Positions 10,291 through 21,721 are shown, counted from the stretch's first letter. The stretch: DNA of 64,000 nucleotides from an uncultured Eubacteriales bacterium (GCA_964607025.1 CAZSIL010000007.1:1935-65934), one strand, 5' to 3'. The notes: generated from the letters alone by a model not told the origin. Program-made: numbers and translations.

Positions 10291-11688
10291 TTAAATAGAT
10301 AAATCTTCAACAATGAGTGTACGAATAGTATCCTCATTTTTAGGAGCATTGCGTTCGGCTAGGAACTTAGAAGCAACCTGTGGGAAAAGAGCATAACTTA
10401 ATACATCTTCTTCGCACTTAGCTAAATCTCCTGCTTCTAATCTATACTTTTCAAGCTCGGGCTCTAAAAGGTCAGCCGGACGACAGGTAATAACTTTATC
10501 ATCGCCGATTGCCTTTCTGCGAACGTCCTCATTAACTTTACCCGGAACCTGACCGTACTCGCCGCGGAGAACACCCTTTGATTCCTTTGTAATCATTTTA
10601 TAGCGTTCACCTGCAAGGATATTAAATACCGCTTGAGTGCCAACAATTTGGCTTGTGGGGGTTACGAGCGGCGGATAACCAAAGTCTTTTCGCACATTTG
10701 GAATCTCGGCTAACACATCATAGTATTTATCTTCGGCGTTTGCTTGTTTGAGCTGAGAAATAAGGTTGGAAAGCATACCGCCGGGAACTTGATAAATAAG
10801 AGTTTTTGTATCAACATTAAGCACCTTTGGATCAAGTGTTCCCTCTGCCTTCATCTTATTTGCTACCTCTCGGAAATGAGCCGCAGCCTCACTTAATTTG
10901 TTAAGGTCAAGTCCTGTATCGCGGTCGGTACCTTCGAGTGTTGCAACAAGTGCCTCGGTTGATGGCTGTGCAGTACCGTTAGCAAACGGCGATAATGCAG
11001 TATCAACAATATCAACGCCCGCCTCAACTGCCATAAGATAGGTCATATCGCCGGTACCTGTTGTATTATGAGTATGAAGATGAATCGGCACCTTAACATT
11101 TTCTTTGAGTTTTTTAACCAAAGAGTATGCAGCATAAGGAAGCAATAGGTTTGCCATATCCTTAATACAAATTACGTCAGCGCCCATTTTTTCAAGTTTC
11201 TTAGCAAGTTCAACAAAGTATTCTTCATTGTGAACAGGGCTTACTGTATAGCTGATAGCAGCTTCACAAATACCACCGTATTTTTTACAGGATTTCATTG
11301 CCTGCTCCATATTTCTTGTGTCATTTAGAGCATCAAAAATACGGATAACATCGATGCCGTTTTCTATTGACTTTTTCACAAACGCATCAACCACATCATC
11401 GGCATAGTGTTTATAACCGAGAAGGTTCTGTCCGCGAAGTAGCATTTGAAGTTTTGTGTTGGGCATATGCTTTTTTAAGGTGCGAAGCCGTTCCCACGGG
11501 TCTTCGTTTAAGAAACGCATACAAGCATCAAAAGTAGCTCCGCCCCAGCACTCGAGAGACCAATAACCCATTTTATCAAGTTTTTCGAGCGCGGGAATCA
11601 TATCTTCAATACGCATACGGGTAGCCGCCTGCGATTGATGAGCATCACGAAGGATGGTATCTGTAATATAAAGTTTTTTCTTTTCCAT
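10291..11688 (-). CDS. Carboxyltransferase subunit (OadA/PycB/5S-type) lacking a biotinyl domain
   Basis: HMGL-like TIM-barrel N-terminus ITDTILRDAHQS...HLHTHNTTG. The 465-aa protein ends without an AMKM biotin motif. Confidence 0.8.
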   Translation of the reverse strand: MEKKKLYITDTILRDAHQSQAATRMRIEDMIPALEKLDKMGYWSLECWGGATFDACMRFLNEDPWERLRTLKKHMPNTKLQMLLRGQNLLGYKHYADDVVDAFVKKSIENGIDVIRIFDALNDTRNMEQAMKSCKKYGGICEAAISYTVSPVHNEEYFVELAKKLEKMGADVICIKDMANLLLPYAAYSLVKKLKENVKVPIHLHTHNTTGTGDMTYLMAVEAGVDIVDTALSPFANGTAQPSTEALVATLEGTDRDTGLDLNKLSEAAAHFREVANKMKAEGTLDPKVLNVDTKTLIYQVPGGMLSNLISQLKQANAEDKYYDVLAEIPNVRKDFGYPPLVTPTSQIVGTQAVFNILAGERYKMITKESKGVLRGEYGQVPGKVNEDVRRKAIGDDKVITCRPADLLEPELEKYRLEAGDLAKCEEDVLSYALFPQVASKFLAERNAPKNEDTIRTLIVEDLSI

Positions 11689-11702
11689 ATAAATACCTCC
11701 AA

Positions 11703-12956
11703 TTATGAGAACAACGCGATTAGAACGCCAGCGGCGATAGCCGAGCCGATAACACCTGCAACGTTCGGTCCCATAGCATGCATAAGCAAGAAGTTAGAGG
11801 GATTTGCCTTTTGTCCTTCAGCTTGAGATACACGCGCTGCCATAGGAACTGCCGAAACACCGGCGGAACCGATAAGCGGATTTACCTTGTCTTTTACAAA
11901 CAAGTTCATAAGCTTTGCAAGTAAAACGCCACAACCTGTGCCCAAGCCGAAGGCCACAACGCCCATACCCATTATTTTAAGCGTTTGAAGGTTTAAGAAG
12001 TTTGTGGCAGTTGCCGTAGCACCAACAGAAATGCCAAGGAATATTGTAACGATATTCATAAGCTCGTTTTGTGCAGTCTTGCAAAGACGCTCAGCAACAC
12101 CCGATTCTTTCCAAAGGTTACCAAGCATAAGACAACCTACAAGAGGTGTAGCGGACGGCACAAGAAGCGCTACGAAAATTGTAACGGCAATCGGGAAAAT
12201 AATTTTCTCGGTGCGTGTTACCTGACGAAGTGGCTTCATAACAATTTCGCGTTCCTTTTTTGTTGTAAGTAAACGCATAATCGGCGGCTGAATTACAGGC
12301 ACCAAAGCCATATAAGAATATGCGGCAACCGCAATAGGCCCTAATAGGCCGGGATAGAGTTTTGATGTGGTATAAATAGCGGTAGGGCCATCAGCACCAC
12401 CGATAATACCGATAGAAGCGGCAGCTTCCTGCGGGAATGCAAGGAAGAAGCAACCAATAAATGTAACAAAAATACCAATTTGCGCGGCGGCACCGAGCAA
12501 CAATGATTTTGGGTTAGAGATCAACGGACCAAAGTCGGTCATAGCACCTATGCCAAGAAAAATTAGACACGGGTATACACAGGTTTTAACACCGATATAG
12601 AGTATATCGAGCAAGCCACCGTGTTTTAAAATATCGCCGTAACCAAGAGTGGAACCTGGACGCATAAATTCTGTCCAAAGCTCACTATGGTACATGCCGG
12701 CGCCGGGAAGGTTTGTCAATAGCATTCCGAAAGCGATACCAATAAGTAAAAGCGGTTCAAACTGTTTCTTTATAGCAAGATATAAAAGAAGCAAGGCAAC
12801 CAAAATCATTACCAAGGTTTTCCAACCTGCTGCTACTGTTATATCAGCACCGATGAGTTCGCTATAAACAACAGTATCGTTCATGAAATTCTGAAAGAGC
12901 TTGTAAAAACCCATATCACGAACGAAATTCATGATAAGATCAATATATTTTTCCAT
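11703..12956 (-). CDS. Na+-translocating decarboxylase beta subunit (OadB/GcdB/MmdB family)
   Basis: 417-aa polytopic membrane protein with family-typical segments ([37 protein letters not shown]). Confidence 0.9.
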   Translation of the reverse strand: MEKYIDLIMNFVRDMGFYKLFQNFMNDTVVYSELIGADITVAAGWKTLVMILVALLLLYLAIKKQFEPLLLIGIAFGMLLTNLPGAGMYHSELWTEFMRPGSTLGYGDILKHGGLLDILYIGVKTCVYPCLIFLGIGAMTDFGPLISNPKSLLLGAAAQIGIFVTFIGCFFLAFPQEAAASIGIIGGADGPTAIYTTSKLYPGLLGPIAVAAYSYMALVPVIQPPIMRLLTTKKEREIVMKPLRQVTRTEKIIFPIAVTIFVALLVPSATPLVGCLMLGNLWKESGVAERLCKTAQNELMNIVTIFLGISVGATATATNFLNLQTLKIMGMGVVAFGLGTGCGVLLAKLMNLFVKDKVNPLIGSAGVSAVPMAARVSQAEGQKANPSNFLLMHAMGPNVAGVIGSAIAAGVLIALFS

Positions 12957-12978
12957 TGCGATTCTCCTTGAGCGTAAA

Positions 12979-13347
12979 TTAAGCGATTACGCAAAGAACC
13001 GCGCCTGTATCAACAGATGCACCATTTTGAACATTAACGGAAGCTACAGTGCCGTCAACAGGAGACATAATTTCGTTTTCCATTTTCATAGCTTCAAGCA
13101 CCATAAGAACATCGCCCTTTTTAACAGTAGCGCCGTTCTGTACGTTTACAGATAAAATAGTACCGGGCATTGGAGCGTTTACGGTAGCTCCATTTGCAAC
13201 AGGAGCCGCAGGAGCTGCTTTTGCCTCTACAACCGGTGCTGCGGGGGCGGCAGTAACAGCGGGTGTTGCCTTAACATCAGCCGCATCTACAACCTCTAAA
13301 GTGATTTCATACGCAGTACCATTTACAGTTACATTATACTTTTTCAT
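12979..13347 (-). CDS. Biotin carboxyl carrier subunit
   Basis: Ala/Pro-rich linker followed by a biotinyl domain with EAMKMENEI. Confidence 0.85.
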   Translation of the reverse strand: MKKYNVTVNGTAYEITLEVVDAADVKATPAVTAAPAAPVVEAKAAPAAPVANGATVNAPMPGTILSVNVQNGATVKKGDVLMVLEAMKMENEIMSPVDGTVASVNVQNGASVDTGAVLCVIA

Positions 13348-13365
13348 AACATTTACCTCTTTTTC

Positions 13366-13677
13366 TTATATTTTTTTAAACGAATGAATACGAATTGCAG
13401 AAATATCCGTACCGAGTTCCTCAGCGATTACAGCTGAAATCGCGGCAATAATTTCTTGACGATTTTGTATAGGTTCCTCTACAACCGGAAGAACAGCATC
13501 GGTAACATTTTCTTTTGTATCGATTTTATTTTTGAAGAATAATCCAATTACTTTAACCAAAATAACAATACAAATAAGACCGATAAAAACTATACCGATA
13601 CCTAGCAATACAACTAATTCATTCGGTATCTTTTCAGGTTGTAAGGTTGACAAATAATTTTTAATAAATTCAGGCAT
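13366..13677 (-). CDS. OadG-like small membrane subunit of the decarboxylase
   Basis: Single N-terminal TM helix with a C-terminal EIIAAISAVIAEELG-type tail. It is the first gene of the operon. Confidence 0.6.
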   Translation of the reverse strand: MPEFIKNYLSTLQPEKIPNELVVLLGIGIVFIGLICIVILVKVIGLFFKNKIDTKENVTDAVLPVVEEPIQNRQEIIAAISAVIAEELGTDISAIRIHSFKKI

Positions 13678-13807
13678 TTTGGCACCCCCTTATTGTTACA
13701 AATTGGTATTTTTTGATTTTTGCCGTAATCAATTTTATTTTAATATATATAATAAATAAAATCAACTCTTTTTTAATAATTTTGTCAAATTTTTGTCAAT
13801 TTATGCG

Positions 13808-13835
13808 CAAAAAAGCACCGCAAATATGCGGTGCT
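13808..13835 (-). terminator. Terminator of the arg operon
   Basis: Hairpin AGCACCGCA/TGCGGTGCT (13814-13835) is followed on the minus strand by TTTTT. Confidence 0.75.
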
Positions 13836-13843
13836 TAAATAAA

Positions 13844-14827
13844 TTACAAGGTTGCAGCCATTACGGCTTTTATTGTGTGCATTCTGTTCTCGGCTTCATC
13901 AAAAACAATCGAACGCTCACTCTCAATAACCTCATCGGTTACTTCCATACAGTCGATACCAAATTTTTCATAGATTTCCTTACCGACAGTTGTATTCAAA
14001 TCATGAAAAGCAGGCAGGCAATGCATAAAGCGACATTGCTCCCCCGCATCGTTCATAAGGTCCATATTTACTTGATATGGCTTCAAATCATCTATTCTTT
14101 CTGCCCAAACTTCTGTCGGCTCACCCATAGACACCCAAACATCCGTATATATCACATCGGCATTTTTTACTGCCACTTTGGGTTCTTCAATAAATTCGAG
14201 CACTGCACCCGATTTTTTTGCTATTTCAAGGCACTTATCAATAAGTTCTTTATTGGGAAAATACTTTTTTGGAGCGCAGGCAACAAAATGGAGTCCCATA
14301 ATAGCCGAACCCACCATAAGTGAATTACCCATATTATAACGTGCGTCACCCATATATACGAGTTTTATACCGCTTAATTTACCAAAATGCTCCTTTATAG
14401 TTAAGAAATCAGCTAAAATTTGTGTGGGATGAAATTCATTGGTCAGTCCGTTCCATACAGGAACACCCGCATATTTTGCCAAGTCCTCTACAATTTCCTG
14501 TCCATAGCCGCGATATTCAATACCATCAAACATACGTCCCAAAACACGTGCCGTATCGGCAATACTTTCTTTCTTGCCGATTTGTGAGCCCGACGGGTCA
14601 AGATACACAGGATGCATACCAAGATCAGCCGCCGCAACTTCAAAAGCGCAACGCGTACGGGTGCTTGTTTTTTCAAAAATTAATGCGATGTTTTTTCCTT
14701 CGCAAATTTTATGCGGTATACCATATTTCTTTTTCTTTTTAAGCTCAGCCGCTAAATTGATTAAACCACCGATTTCTTCAGCGGTAAAATCAAGCAACTT
14801 TAAAAAGCTTTTTCCTTTTAAGTCCAT
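13844..14827 (-). CDS. argF: Ornithine carbamoyltransferase
   Basis: STRTRCAFE and HCLPAFH motifs. ATG at 14827 (MDLKGKSF) with an AGGAG RBS. Confidence 0.9.
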   Translation of the reverse strand: MDLKGKSFLKLLDFTAEEIGGLINLAAELKKKKKYGIPHKICEGKNIALIFEKTSTRTRCAFEVAAADLGMHPVYLDPSGSQIGKKESIADTARVLGRMFDGIEYRGYGQEIVEDLAKYAGVPVWNGLTNEFHPTQILADFLTIKEHFGKLSGIKLVYMGDARYNMGNSLMVGSAIMGLHFVACAPKKYFPNKELIDKCLEIAKKSGAVLEFIEEPKVAVKNADVIYTDVWVSMGEPTEVWAERIDDLKPYQVNMDLMNDAGEQCRFMHCLPAFHDLNTTVGKEIYEKFGIDCMEVTDEVIESERSIVFDEAENRMHTIKAVMAATL

Positions 14828-14838
14828 TATTTTTCTCC

Positions 14839-16005
14839 TTATAAAGCACAAGCGTCTTTTATTACTGTAATTGCCTTCTTTAATTCTTCCATGGAAATAT
14901 TGAGCGCCGGTAATAATCTTACTTTATCTTTAGCCGTAAGACATAAAACACCGTTTTCCATACAAATTTTAACAATTTCAGGTGCGTCCTTTTCAGTCTT
15001 AATCCCAATCATAAGTCCCAGTCCGCTGACGCTAATCACACCATTAGCTTTTGATAATTCATCAAAAATATATTTACTTTTTGCTTCAATCTCGTTAAGT
15101 AAATTATTATCGATTCTATTTATTATACTAATAGCCCCGGCACAGCATACGGGATTACCGCCAAAGGTTGAACCATGTTCACCAAAGCCCAAAACATTTT
15201 CGGTCTTTTCACCTAACAACACTGCACCAATCGGCAGTCCGCCGCCTAGTCCCTTTGCAGTTGTCACAATGTCGGGTTTTATTCCGTAATGCATATAGGA
15301 ATAAAATTTACCCGTTCTGCCGTTACCCGTTTGCACTTCATCAACAATTAAAAGGATGTCGTTATCATTAGCAAAATCATATACACCCTTGACAAACTCC
15401 TCTTCTAAAACGTTGACTCCGCCTTCACCCTGAATACACTCAATCATTATTGCTGCAGTTTTGTGACTTTTTGCAGTTTTAATTAGTAAGTCAAGATCAT
15501 TTGCGGGAGTATGAACAAAACCATCAGTTAGCGGATTAAATAATTCGTGATAATGTTCCTGACCCGTAGCGGCAAGTGTGGTAATCGTTCTGCCATGAAA
15601 ACTGTTTTCAAGGGTAATTATTGTGTAATAATCACTTCCCTTTTTGTCTGCGGCGTATTTACGGGCGGTTTTTATGGCGCACTCATTTGCTTCAGCACCC
15701 GAATTGCCAAAAAACACCTTTTTCATACCCGTCTTTTTACAAAGTAACTGTGCTAATTTTGCGCACGGCTCTGTAAAATACAAATTCGAAGTATGCTGCA
15801 AAAGTGACAATTGTTCGGCTACCGCATTTTTCCATATTTCATCGGCGAAACCGAAAGACGTAACACCGATTCCCGAACCCATATCAATATAACTTTTGCC
15901 ATTTACATCATATACCGTTGAGTTTTCACCACGAACTAGTTCTATTGGAAAACGATTATATGTTCCGGCAATATATTCCTTATCAATAGATGCAAAACCG
16001 TTCAT
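14839..16005 (-). CDS. argD: Acetylornithine aminotransferase
   Basis: Class III PLP aminotransferase ([29 protein letters not shown]) in an arg operon context. Confidence 0.9.
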   Translation of the reverse strand: MNGFASIDKEYIAGTYNRFPIELVRGENSTVYDVNGKSYIDMGSGIGVTSFGFADEIWKNAVAEQLSLLQHTSNLYFTEPCAKLAQLLCKKTGMKKVFFGNSGAEANECAIKTARKYAADKKGSDYYTIITLENSFHGRTITTLAATGQEHYHELFNPLTDGFVHTPANDLDLLIKTAKSHKTAAIMIECIQGEGGVNVLEEEFVKGVYDFANDNDILLIVDEVQTGNGRTGKFYSYMHYGIKPDIVTTAKGLGGGLPIGAVLLGEKTENVLGFGEHGSTFGGNPVCCAGAISIINRIDNNLLNEIEAKSKYIFDELSKANGVISVSGLGLMIGIKTEKDAPEIVKICMENGVLCLTAKDKVRLLPALNISMEELKKAITVIKDACAL

Positions 16006-16880
16006 TATCTATCACCCATTACCATCGTACCGGCGCCTTCGTCGGTTAAAATTTCCATTAGAATCGAGTGCGGCACTCTACCATCCATAATTATTACGTT
16101 CTTAACACCTTTATTGATTGCTTCAACGCAACAATCCACTTTTGGTATCATACCACCCGAAACAATACCGTCTTTTTTAAGTTGTTCGGCTTCACTAACG
16201 GTTACGTCAGCTATAAGAGTTGAGGGATCATCTTTATCACGTAAAATCCCCGCAATATCGGTCATCATAATTAGGCGTTCGGCTTTTATAGCACCCGCGA
16301 TATAAGCCGCGGCTGTATCACCATTTATGTTATAAGCGTTACCATCGCGGTCACAACCTAATGTTGAAATTACGGGAATATAACCTTTTTCTAGTAGGTC
16401 TTCAACGGGTTTTATATGTATCTTTGTGATATCACCGACGTAACCCAATCTTTCATCTCGAATTTTTGCTTCGATAAGCATACCGTCCATACCGGATATA
16501 CCCATCGCTTTACCGCCCTTTTTTTCAAGCAAATTAACAAGCGTTTTATTAACTTTACCTGCAAGTACCATTTGCACTATATCAACGGTTTCTTTATCGG
16601 TTACACGAAGGCCATCAACAAACTCAGTTTTTTTGCCAAGTTTAGCCATTAATTCGCTGATTTCAGGTCCACCGCCATGAACTAAAACTACCTTAACACC
16701 GATAAGCCATAAAAGAACAATATCCTCCATAACCTGTTGTTTAAGTTCTTCATTAATCATAGCGTTGCCGCCGTATTTAATTACAACGACTTTCCCATTA
16801 TATCTTTTGATGTATGGCAGTGCTTGTGTTAAAATCTCTGCTCTTTCTAAATTTGAAAAATGACTGTTCATAATTTTCAC
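16005..16880 (-). CDS. argB: Acetylglutamate kinase
   Basis: VIKYGGNAM...VLVHGGGP motifs. Its stop overlaps the argD start by 1 nt. Confidence 0.95.
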   Translation of the reverse strand: MKIMNSHFSNLERAEILTQALPYIKRYNGKVVVIKYGGNAMINEELKQQVMEDIVLLWLIGVKVVLVHGGGPEISELMAKLGKKTEFVDGLRVTDKETVDIVQMVLAGKVNKTLVNLLEKKGGKAMGISGMDGMLIEAKIRDERLGYVGDITKIHIKPVEDLLEKGYIPVISTLGCDRDGNAYNINGDTAAAYIAGAIKAERLIMMTDIAGILRDKDDPSTLIADVTVSEAEQLKKDGIVSGGMIPKVDCCVEAINKGVKNVIIMDGRVPHSILMEILTDEGAGTMVMGDR

Positions 16881-16882
16881 CT

Positions 16883-18097
16883 TTAAGTTCTGTAATCACC
16901 ATTGATTTTTACGTAATCATAGGTTAAATCGCAACCCCAAGCTGTTGAAGAAAATTCACCGCTATCAAGTGTCACTAAAATTTCAATTTCGTTTTCTAAA
17001 AGAATTTCTTTTGCCTTTTCCTCGGAAAAATCAACACCGGCACCGTTTTTGCAAACTTCAATGGTGCCCTTAGCAGATTTAAAGAAAACACCTACTTTAT
17101 TAATGTCGATGTCCGCGCCGCTATATCCTATAGCGCAAAGAACCCGTCCCCAGTTTGCATCGGCGCCGAACATTGCCGCCTTTAAAAGACTTGAACAAAC
17201 AACACTCTTAGCGACTGTTTTGGCAGTAGACAAACTATCGGCACCCGAGACTTTACATTCAAGTAATTTTGTAGCACCTTCGCCGTCACCCACAATCATA
17301 CGACATAAATGAACAGTTAAGGTATTAAGCGCCGTCATAAACGATTTAAAATCATCATTTTCACTTGTAATTTCAGGATTATCCGCCATACCGTTTGCTA
17401 ACACAACAACCATATCGTTGGTAGATGTATCACCGTCAATACTGAGCATATTAAAGGTATTTGTAATATCTGTGGAAAGTGCTTTTTGTAACATTTCACC
17501 GCTGATTTTAACGTCGGATGTGATGAATACAAGCATTGTTGCCATATTAGGATGAATCATACCGCTACCCTTCGCGATACCGCCCATACGACATACTTTA
17601 CCGCCGATTTCGAACTCAACGGCAACTTCCTTCTTTATAGTATCTGTAGTCATTATGCCTTCTGCGGCATATTTGCCGCCGCTTCTTGACAAACCATTAA
17701 CCAATAACGGTATACCATTTGCAATAGGTGTAATATCAAGTGGCTGACCGATAACTCCGGTCGACGCAACAACGATATCATTTGTATTAATACCTGTTTT
17801 GTTAGACAGTATTTCACACATTTCTTCTGCAATTTGAATACCATTTGCATTACAGGTATTAGCATTACCACTATTACAAATAATGGCTTGTGCAGTATTA
17901 TTTTCCAAATGCTTTTTTGTTACTATCAGCGGTGCACCCTTTACAAGATTAGTAGTGTAAACCGCCGCCGCAGTTGCGGGAACGTCACTCTTTATTAGTG
18001 ATAAATCCCTCTTTGTGCGGTTTCTTCTGATACCGCAATGTATACCATTGGCGCTAAAGCCCTTGGCGGCACATACGCCACCCGGAATCAACTTCAT
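16883..18097 (-). CDS. argJ: Bifunctional ornithine acetyltransferase/N-acetylglutamate synthase
   Basis: Autoprocessing site region HPNMATMLVFITSD. ATG at 18097 (MKLIPGG) with a GGAGG RBS inside the argC 3' end. Confidence 0.95.
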   Translation of the reverse strand: MKLIPGGVCAAKGFSANGIHCGIRRNRTKRDLSLIKSDVPATAAAVYTTNLVKGAPLIVTKKHLENNTAQAIICNSGNANTCNANGIQIAEEMCEILSNKTGINTNDIVVASTGVIGQPLDITPIANGIPLLVNGLSRSGGKYAAEGIMTTDTIKKEVAVEFEIGGKVCRMGGIAKGSGMIHPNMATMLVFITSDVKISGEMLQKALSTDITNTFNMLSIDGDTSTNDMVVVLANGMADNPEITSENDDFKSFMTALNTLTVHLCRMIVGDGEGATKLLECKVSGADSLSTAKTVAKSVVCSSLLKAAMFGADANWGRVLCAIGYSGADIDINKVGVFFKSAKGTIEVCKNGAGVDFSEEKAKEILLENEIEILVTLDSGEFSSTAWGCDLTYDYVKINGDYRT

Positions 18098-18098
18098 A

Positions 18099-19016
18099 TT
18101 AAACCTCCAAACCGGTGTTTTCCTTAACACCGAGTACCAAATTCATATTTTGTATTGCCGCACCCGAAGCACCTTTACCAAGGTTATCAAATCGTGCCAC
18201 CAAAATTATTCGCTCGTCATTTCCGTGAACACTAATTTCCATATCATCGCGACCTGAATACGCGGCTGCCGAAAGGAATCCTTCTTCGTCAGCAGTATCA
18301 TTAAAATGCACCAAACCGTTTTTATAAATTTTTTTATAAATAGCTTTAATATCGCTGATACTGCCATTAATTTGAGATACAAACAACGGAACGGTTACTT
18401 CCATACCACTGTAAAAAGGCGCTACAATGGGACAAAACGTTGGCAAAGTTTCAAGACCGCAAAACGTCTTCATTTCCTTTAAATGCTTGTGACTTTGAGT
18501 AATTCCGTACTGTCTCGGAGCTTTTAAAAGCGGATTATCACTATTTTCATAATCGGCAATCATCTGTTTGCCACCACCCGAATAACCAGTTATAGAAAAG
18601 CAACTCAGTAACGAATCTTTACTAATAACACCTTTATCAACAAGCGGTTTTATAAGTGCTACAAATCCGCTTGCGTGGCAACCGGGATTTGCGATACGCC
18701 TAATTCTTGAATAGTCGGCATTAGCTTGTAGTTCCGGAAAACCATAAAACCATCCGTCTTCCGTTCTGTGCGCTGTTGAAGTATCAATAACAACGGTTTT
18801 ATCGTTATCAATCAAACTCACCGCTTCTTTTGCCGCGGCGTCAGGAAGGCACAAAAAAGCAATATCGCAACTGTTTAGTGCATTTCTTCGTGCATCAATA
18901 TCTTTTCTCAATTCATCGGGCAAGATTATAAGTTCTATATCTTTTCTTGTCTGTAAACGGTCGTAAATTCGAAGCCCCGTTGTTCCCGCAGAACCGTCAA
19001 TAAATACCTTTGTCAT
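18099..19016 (-). CDS. argC: N-acetyl-gamma-glutamyl-phosphate reductase (short type-2 form)
   Basis: 305 aa with GSAGTTG NAD-binding N-terminus and NPGCHASG active-site Cys region. Confidence 0.9.
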   Translation of the reverse strand: MTKVFIDGSAGTTGLRIYDRLQTRKDIELIILPDELRKDIDARRNALNSCDIAFLCLPDAAAKEAVSLIDNDKTVVIDTSTAHRTEDGWFYGFPELQANADYSRIRRIANPGCHASGFVALIKPLVDKGVISKDSLLSCFSITGYSGGGKQMIADYENSDNPLLKAPRQYGITQSHKHLKEMKTFCGLETLPTFCPIVAPFYSGMEVTVPLFVSQINGSISDIKAIYKKIYKNGLVHFNDTADEEGFLSAAAYSGRDDMEISVHGNDERIILVARFDNLGKGASGAAIQNMNLVLGVKENTGLEV

Positions 19017-20389
19017 ATCTCTAATTTCTCTCTAACGTAATTAATTTGATTTTGCACTGATTTAAAAGACGTTCCGCCTTCGCTTATACGCTTTTCAACG
19101 CAGGTTGTTAGGTTGATTTCATCATATAAGTCACTTTCAAACAACTCGCTGAAATTCTTATAAGCTTCAATCGGTAACGTTTCTAAAACAAGATTTTCCT
19201 TAATACAGAGCGCAACTATTTGCCCAGCTATTTTGTAAGCCGTTCTAAATGCCATACCTTTTTTTACAAGATAGTCAGCAAGGTCGGTTGCATTAATAAA
19301 ACCACCCTGCGCGGCTTTTAGCATATTTTCGGTTTTAACAGTCATAGTGCTTATCATTCCGCTCATAACTTCTATACACATTTTAACGGTTTCTACCGAA
19401 TCAAAAACGGCTTCTTTATCCTCTTGCATATCCTTATTATAAGCCAGTGGCAGACCCTTTAAAACGGTTAAGAGCGATAATAAATCGCCGTACACCCTAC
19501 CGGTTTTACCACGAATAAGCTCAGCCATATCGGAGTTTTTCTTTTGCGGCATAATCGATGAGCCGGTTGTGAAATCATCCGACAATTCAACAAAGCGGAA
19601 TTCCCAACTCGTCCACAAAATCAGCTCTTCTGAAAGTCGGGATAAATGCATCATAATAAGCGAAATATCAGCCATAAGCTCTGCGGCGAAATCTCTATCC
19701 GATACACCGTCTAAACTGTTTAGGCAAACCGAATCGAAATTTAATTTTTCGGCTTCGAATCTTCGGTCAGTGTTATATGTTGTGCCTGCCAAAGCACAAC
19801 TGCCTATAGGCGAAACATTAATTCTTTTTCTGCAGTCTGCCAAGCGCTCAAGGTCACGTAGCAGCATCATAACATATGCCATTAAATGATGACCGAAGGA
19901 TATCGGTTGAGCGCGTTGTAAATGAGTATATCCCGGCATAATTGCGCATTTATATTCTTCTGCTTTATCTGTGAGCGCGGTGATAAGATTTTTGGTTAAG
20001 TCGGAAATACCGTCCACTTCATCGCGGAGATACATCCTAAGGTCAAGTGCCACCTGGTCGTTACGGCTCCTTGCTGTATGCAGTTTTTTACCCGTATCCC
20101 CTACTCGTTTTGTAAGCTCCTGTTCGATAAACATATGTATATCTTCGCTACTCATATCAAACTGTAACTTGCTAGAATTAAGGTCATCAAGAATTGTGCC
20201 GAGTCCGTTAATCAAAATCTCAGCATCATTTTCAGTTATAATACCAGTGGCCGCCAACATTGAGGCATGCGCCATACTGCCCTTAATATCCTGTATGTAC
20301 AATTTGTAATCAAAATGTATGGAAGAATTAAAGTCGTCCGCCAACTTATTTGTTATGCCGTCGGTTCTTCCTGCCCACATTTTTCCCAT
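19013..20389 (-). CDS. argH: Argininosuccinate lyase
   Basis: Fumarate-lyase signature GSSIMPQKKN and the typical N-terminus WAGR. Confidence 0.95.
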   Translation of the reverse strand: MGKMWAGRTDGITNKLADDFNSSIHFDYKLYIQDIKGSMAHASMLAATGIITENDAEILINGLGTILDDLNSSKLQFDMSSEDIHMFIEQELTKRVGDTGKKLHTARSRNDQVALDLRMYLRDEVDGISDLTKNLITALTDKAEEYKCAIMPGYTHLQRAQPISFGHHLMAYVMMLLRDLERLADCRKRINVSPIGSCALAGTTYNTDRRFEAEKLNFDSVCLNSLDGVSDRDFAAELMADISLIMMHLSRLSEELILWTSWEFRFVELSDDFTTGSSIMPQKKNSDMAELIRGKTGRVYGDLLSLLTVLKGLPLAYNKDMQEDKEAVFDSVETVKMCIEVMSGMISTMTVKTENMLKAAQGGFINATDLADYLVKKGMAFRTAYKIAGQIVALCIKENLVLETLPIEAYKNFSELFESDLYDEINLTTCVEKRISEGGTSFKSVQNQINYVREKLEI

Positions 20390-20412
20390 AATTTCACCAC
20401 ACCATATTACAG

Positions 20413-20448
20413 AATCGTCCCGTACGGCAAAACCGTACAGGACTGATT
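20413..20448 (-). other. Intercistronic stem-loop between argG and argH (no U tract)
   Basis: AATC-GTCC(C)GTACGG-caaaa-CCGTAC(A)GGAC-(T)GATT lies in the 63-bp argG-argH gap. Confidence 0.5.
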
Positions 20449-20452
20449 AAAA

Positions 20453-21670
20453 TTATTTTTTACCATCAACTATTGCTTGTACCTTGATCGGTAAGCCATA
20501 AAGGTTGATAAATCCTGCGGAATCTTTTTGGTCGTAATCACTTTCTCCAAACGTAGCAATTTCCTCGCTGTAGAGTGAATACGGACTCCAAACGCCTGCA
20601 TTAATCATATTGCCTTTGTAAAGTTTAAGACGCACTTTACCCGTCACGCGCTCCTGAGTTTTATCAACAAAAGCGGAAAGCGCTTCACGAAGCGGTGTGA
20701 ACCATTGACCGTTGTAAACGAGCTCCGCAAACGTGATAGATAAACGCTGTTTTTCGTGCATTGTCATTTTATCAAGGCAAAGAGTCTCCAAAACATTGTG
20801 TGCTTTATAAAGTATTGTACCACCGGGAGTTTCGTAAACGCCACGGCATTTCATACCAACAAGACGGTTTTCAACAATATCGATGATACCAATACCATTG
20901 GCGCCGCCGATTTCATTGAGTTTTAGAATAATCTCTTTAGCGGTCATCTTCTTACCATCAAGCGATACAGGGATGCCCTTTTCAAATTCAATCTCAACGT
21001 ATGTCGGCTTATCGGGAGCGGCTATAGGAGATACGCCCATTTCGAGAAAACCTGGCTTTTCATACATTGGCTCGTTTCCGGTATCCTCAAGGTCCATACC
21101 TTCGTGGGACAAGTGCCAAAGATTTTTATCCTTTGAATAATTTGTTTCACGGTTAATTTTAAGCGGAATATTATGCACTTCGGCATATTCGATTTCTTCT
21201 TCACGTGATTTGATGTCCCACTCACGCCAAGGAGCAATTATCGGCATATTGGGTGCAAAGTGTTTAATAGCAAGTTCGAAACGAACCTGGTCGTTACCTT
21301 TACCTGTACAACCGTGACAGATAGCATCCGCGCCTTCTTTGATTGCAATTTCAACAAGTCCCTTAGCAATACAAGGACGAGCGTGTGAAGTGCCTAAAAG
21401 GTAATCCTCGTAAACAGCTCCTGCCTTCATTGTAGGAATTATGTATTCATCAACGTACTCATCAGTCTGGTCAAGTACGTAAAGCTTTGATGCGCCTGTT
21501 TTGATGGCTTTTTCTTCTAAACCGTCAAGCTCGTCGGCTTGGCCAACGTTGCCCGATACTGCGATAACTTCACAGTTGTTGTAATTCTCTTTGAGCCACG
21601 GGATGATAATAGATGTATCAAGACCTCCCGAATATGCTAGAACAACCTTTTTTATGTCTTCTTTTTTCAT
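20453..21670 (-). CDS. argG: Argininosuccinate synthase
   Basis: [12 protein letters not shown]-binding motif and 405-aa full-length architecture. Confidence 0.95.
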   Translation of the reverse strand: MKKEDIKKVVLAYSGGLDTSIIIPWLKENYNNCEVIAVSGNVGQADELDGLEEKAIKTGASKLYVLDQTDEYVDEYIIPTMKAGAVYEDYLLGTSHARPCIAKGLVEIAIKEGADAICHGCTGKGNDQVRFELAIKHFAPNMPIIAPWREWDIKSREEEIEYAEVHNIPLKINRETNYSKDKNLWHLSHEGMDLEDTGNEPMYEKPGFLEMGVSPIAAPDKPTYVEIEFEKGIPVSLDGKKMTAKEIILKLNEIGGANGIGIIDIVENRLVGMKCRGVYETPGGTILYKAHNVLETLCLDKMTMHEKQRLSITFAELVYNGQWFTPLREALSAFVDKTQERVTGKVRLKLYKGNMINAGVWSPYSLYSEEIATFGESDYDQKDSAGFINLYGLPIKVQAIVDGKK

Positions 21671-21683
21671 TTTTTAATGCCTC

Positions 21684-21701
21684 CTGAATATTTATGCATA
21701 A
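21684..21701 (-). promoter_or_regulatory. Candidate ARG box (ArgR/AhrC operator) between the promoter and the argG RBS
   Basis: Minus strand reads TTATGCATAAATATTCAG, which resembles the TNTGAATWWWWATTCANW-type ARG box. It shares the 12-mer TGCATAAATATT with the upstream site. Confidence 0.5.
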
Positions 21702-21721
21702 ATATCATCTAATACCTGCAT

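Noticed and set aside
13678-13800. Tandem TTGACAAAA motifs upstream of the decarboxylase operon as a double promoter or operator
   Set aside because: Neither TTGACA has a recognisable -10 hexamer at 16-18 bp. I could not assign a promoter with confidence.
13793-14323. 176-aa plus-strand ORF, and many similar antisense ORFs in the track (for example 7722-8096, 13049-13387, 34247-34738, 50221-50583, 61968-62345)
   Set aside because: Each lies wholly within a strongly supported gene on the opposite strand. They have low-complexity or Cys/Phe-rich translations typical of antisense frames in AT-rich genomes, and they lack RBS-start geometry.
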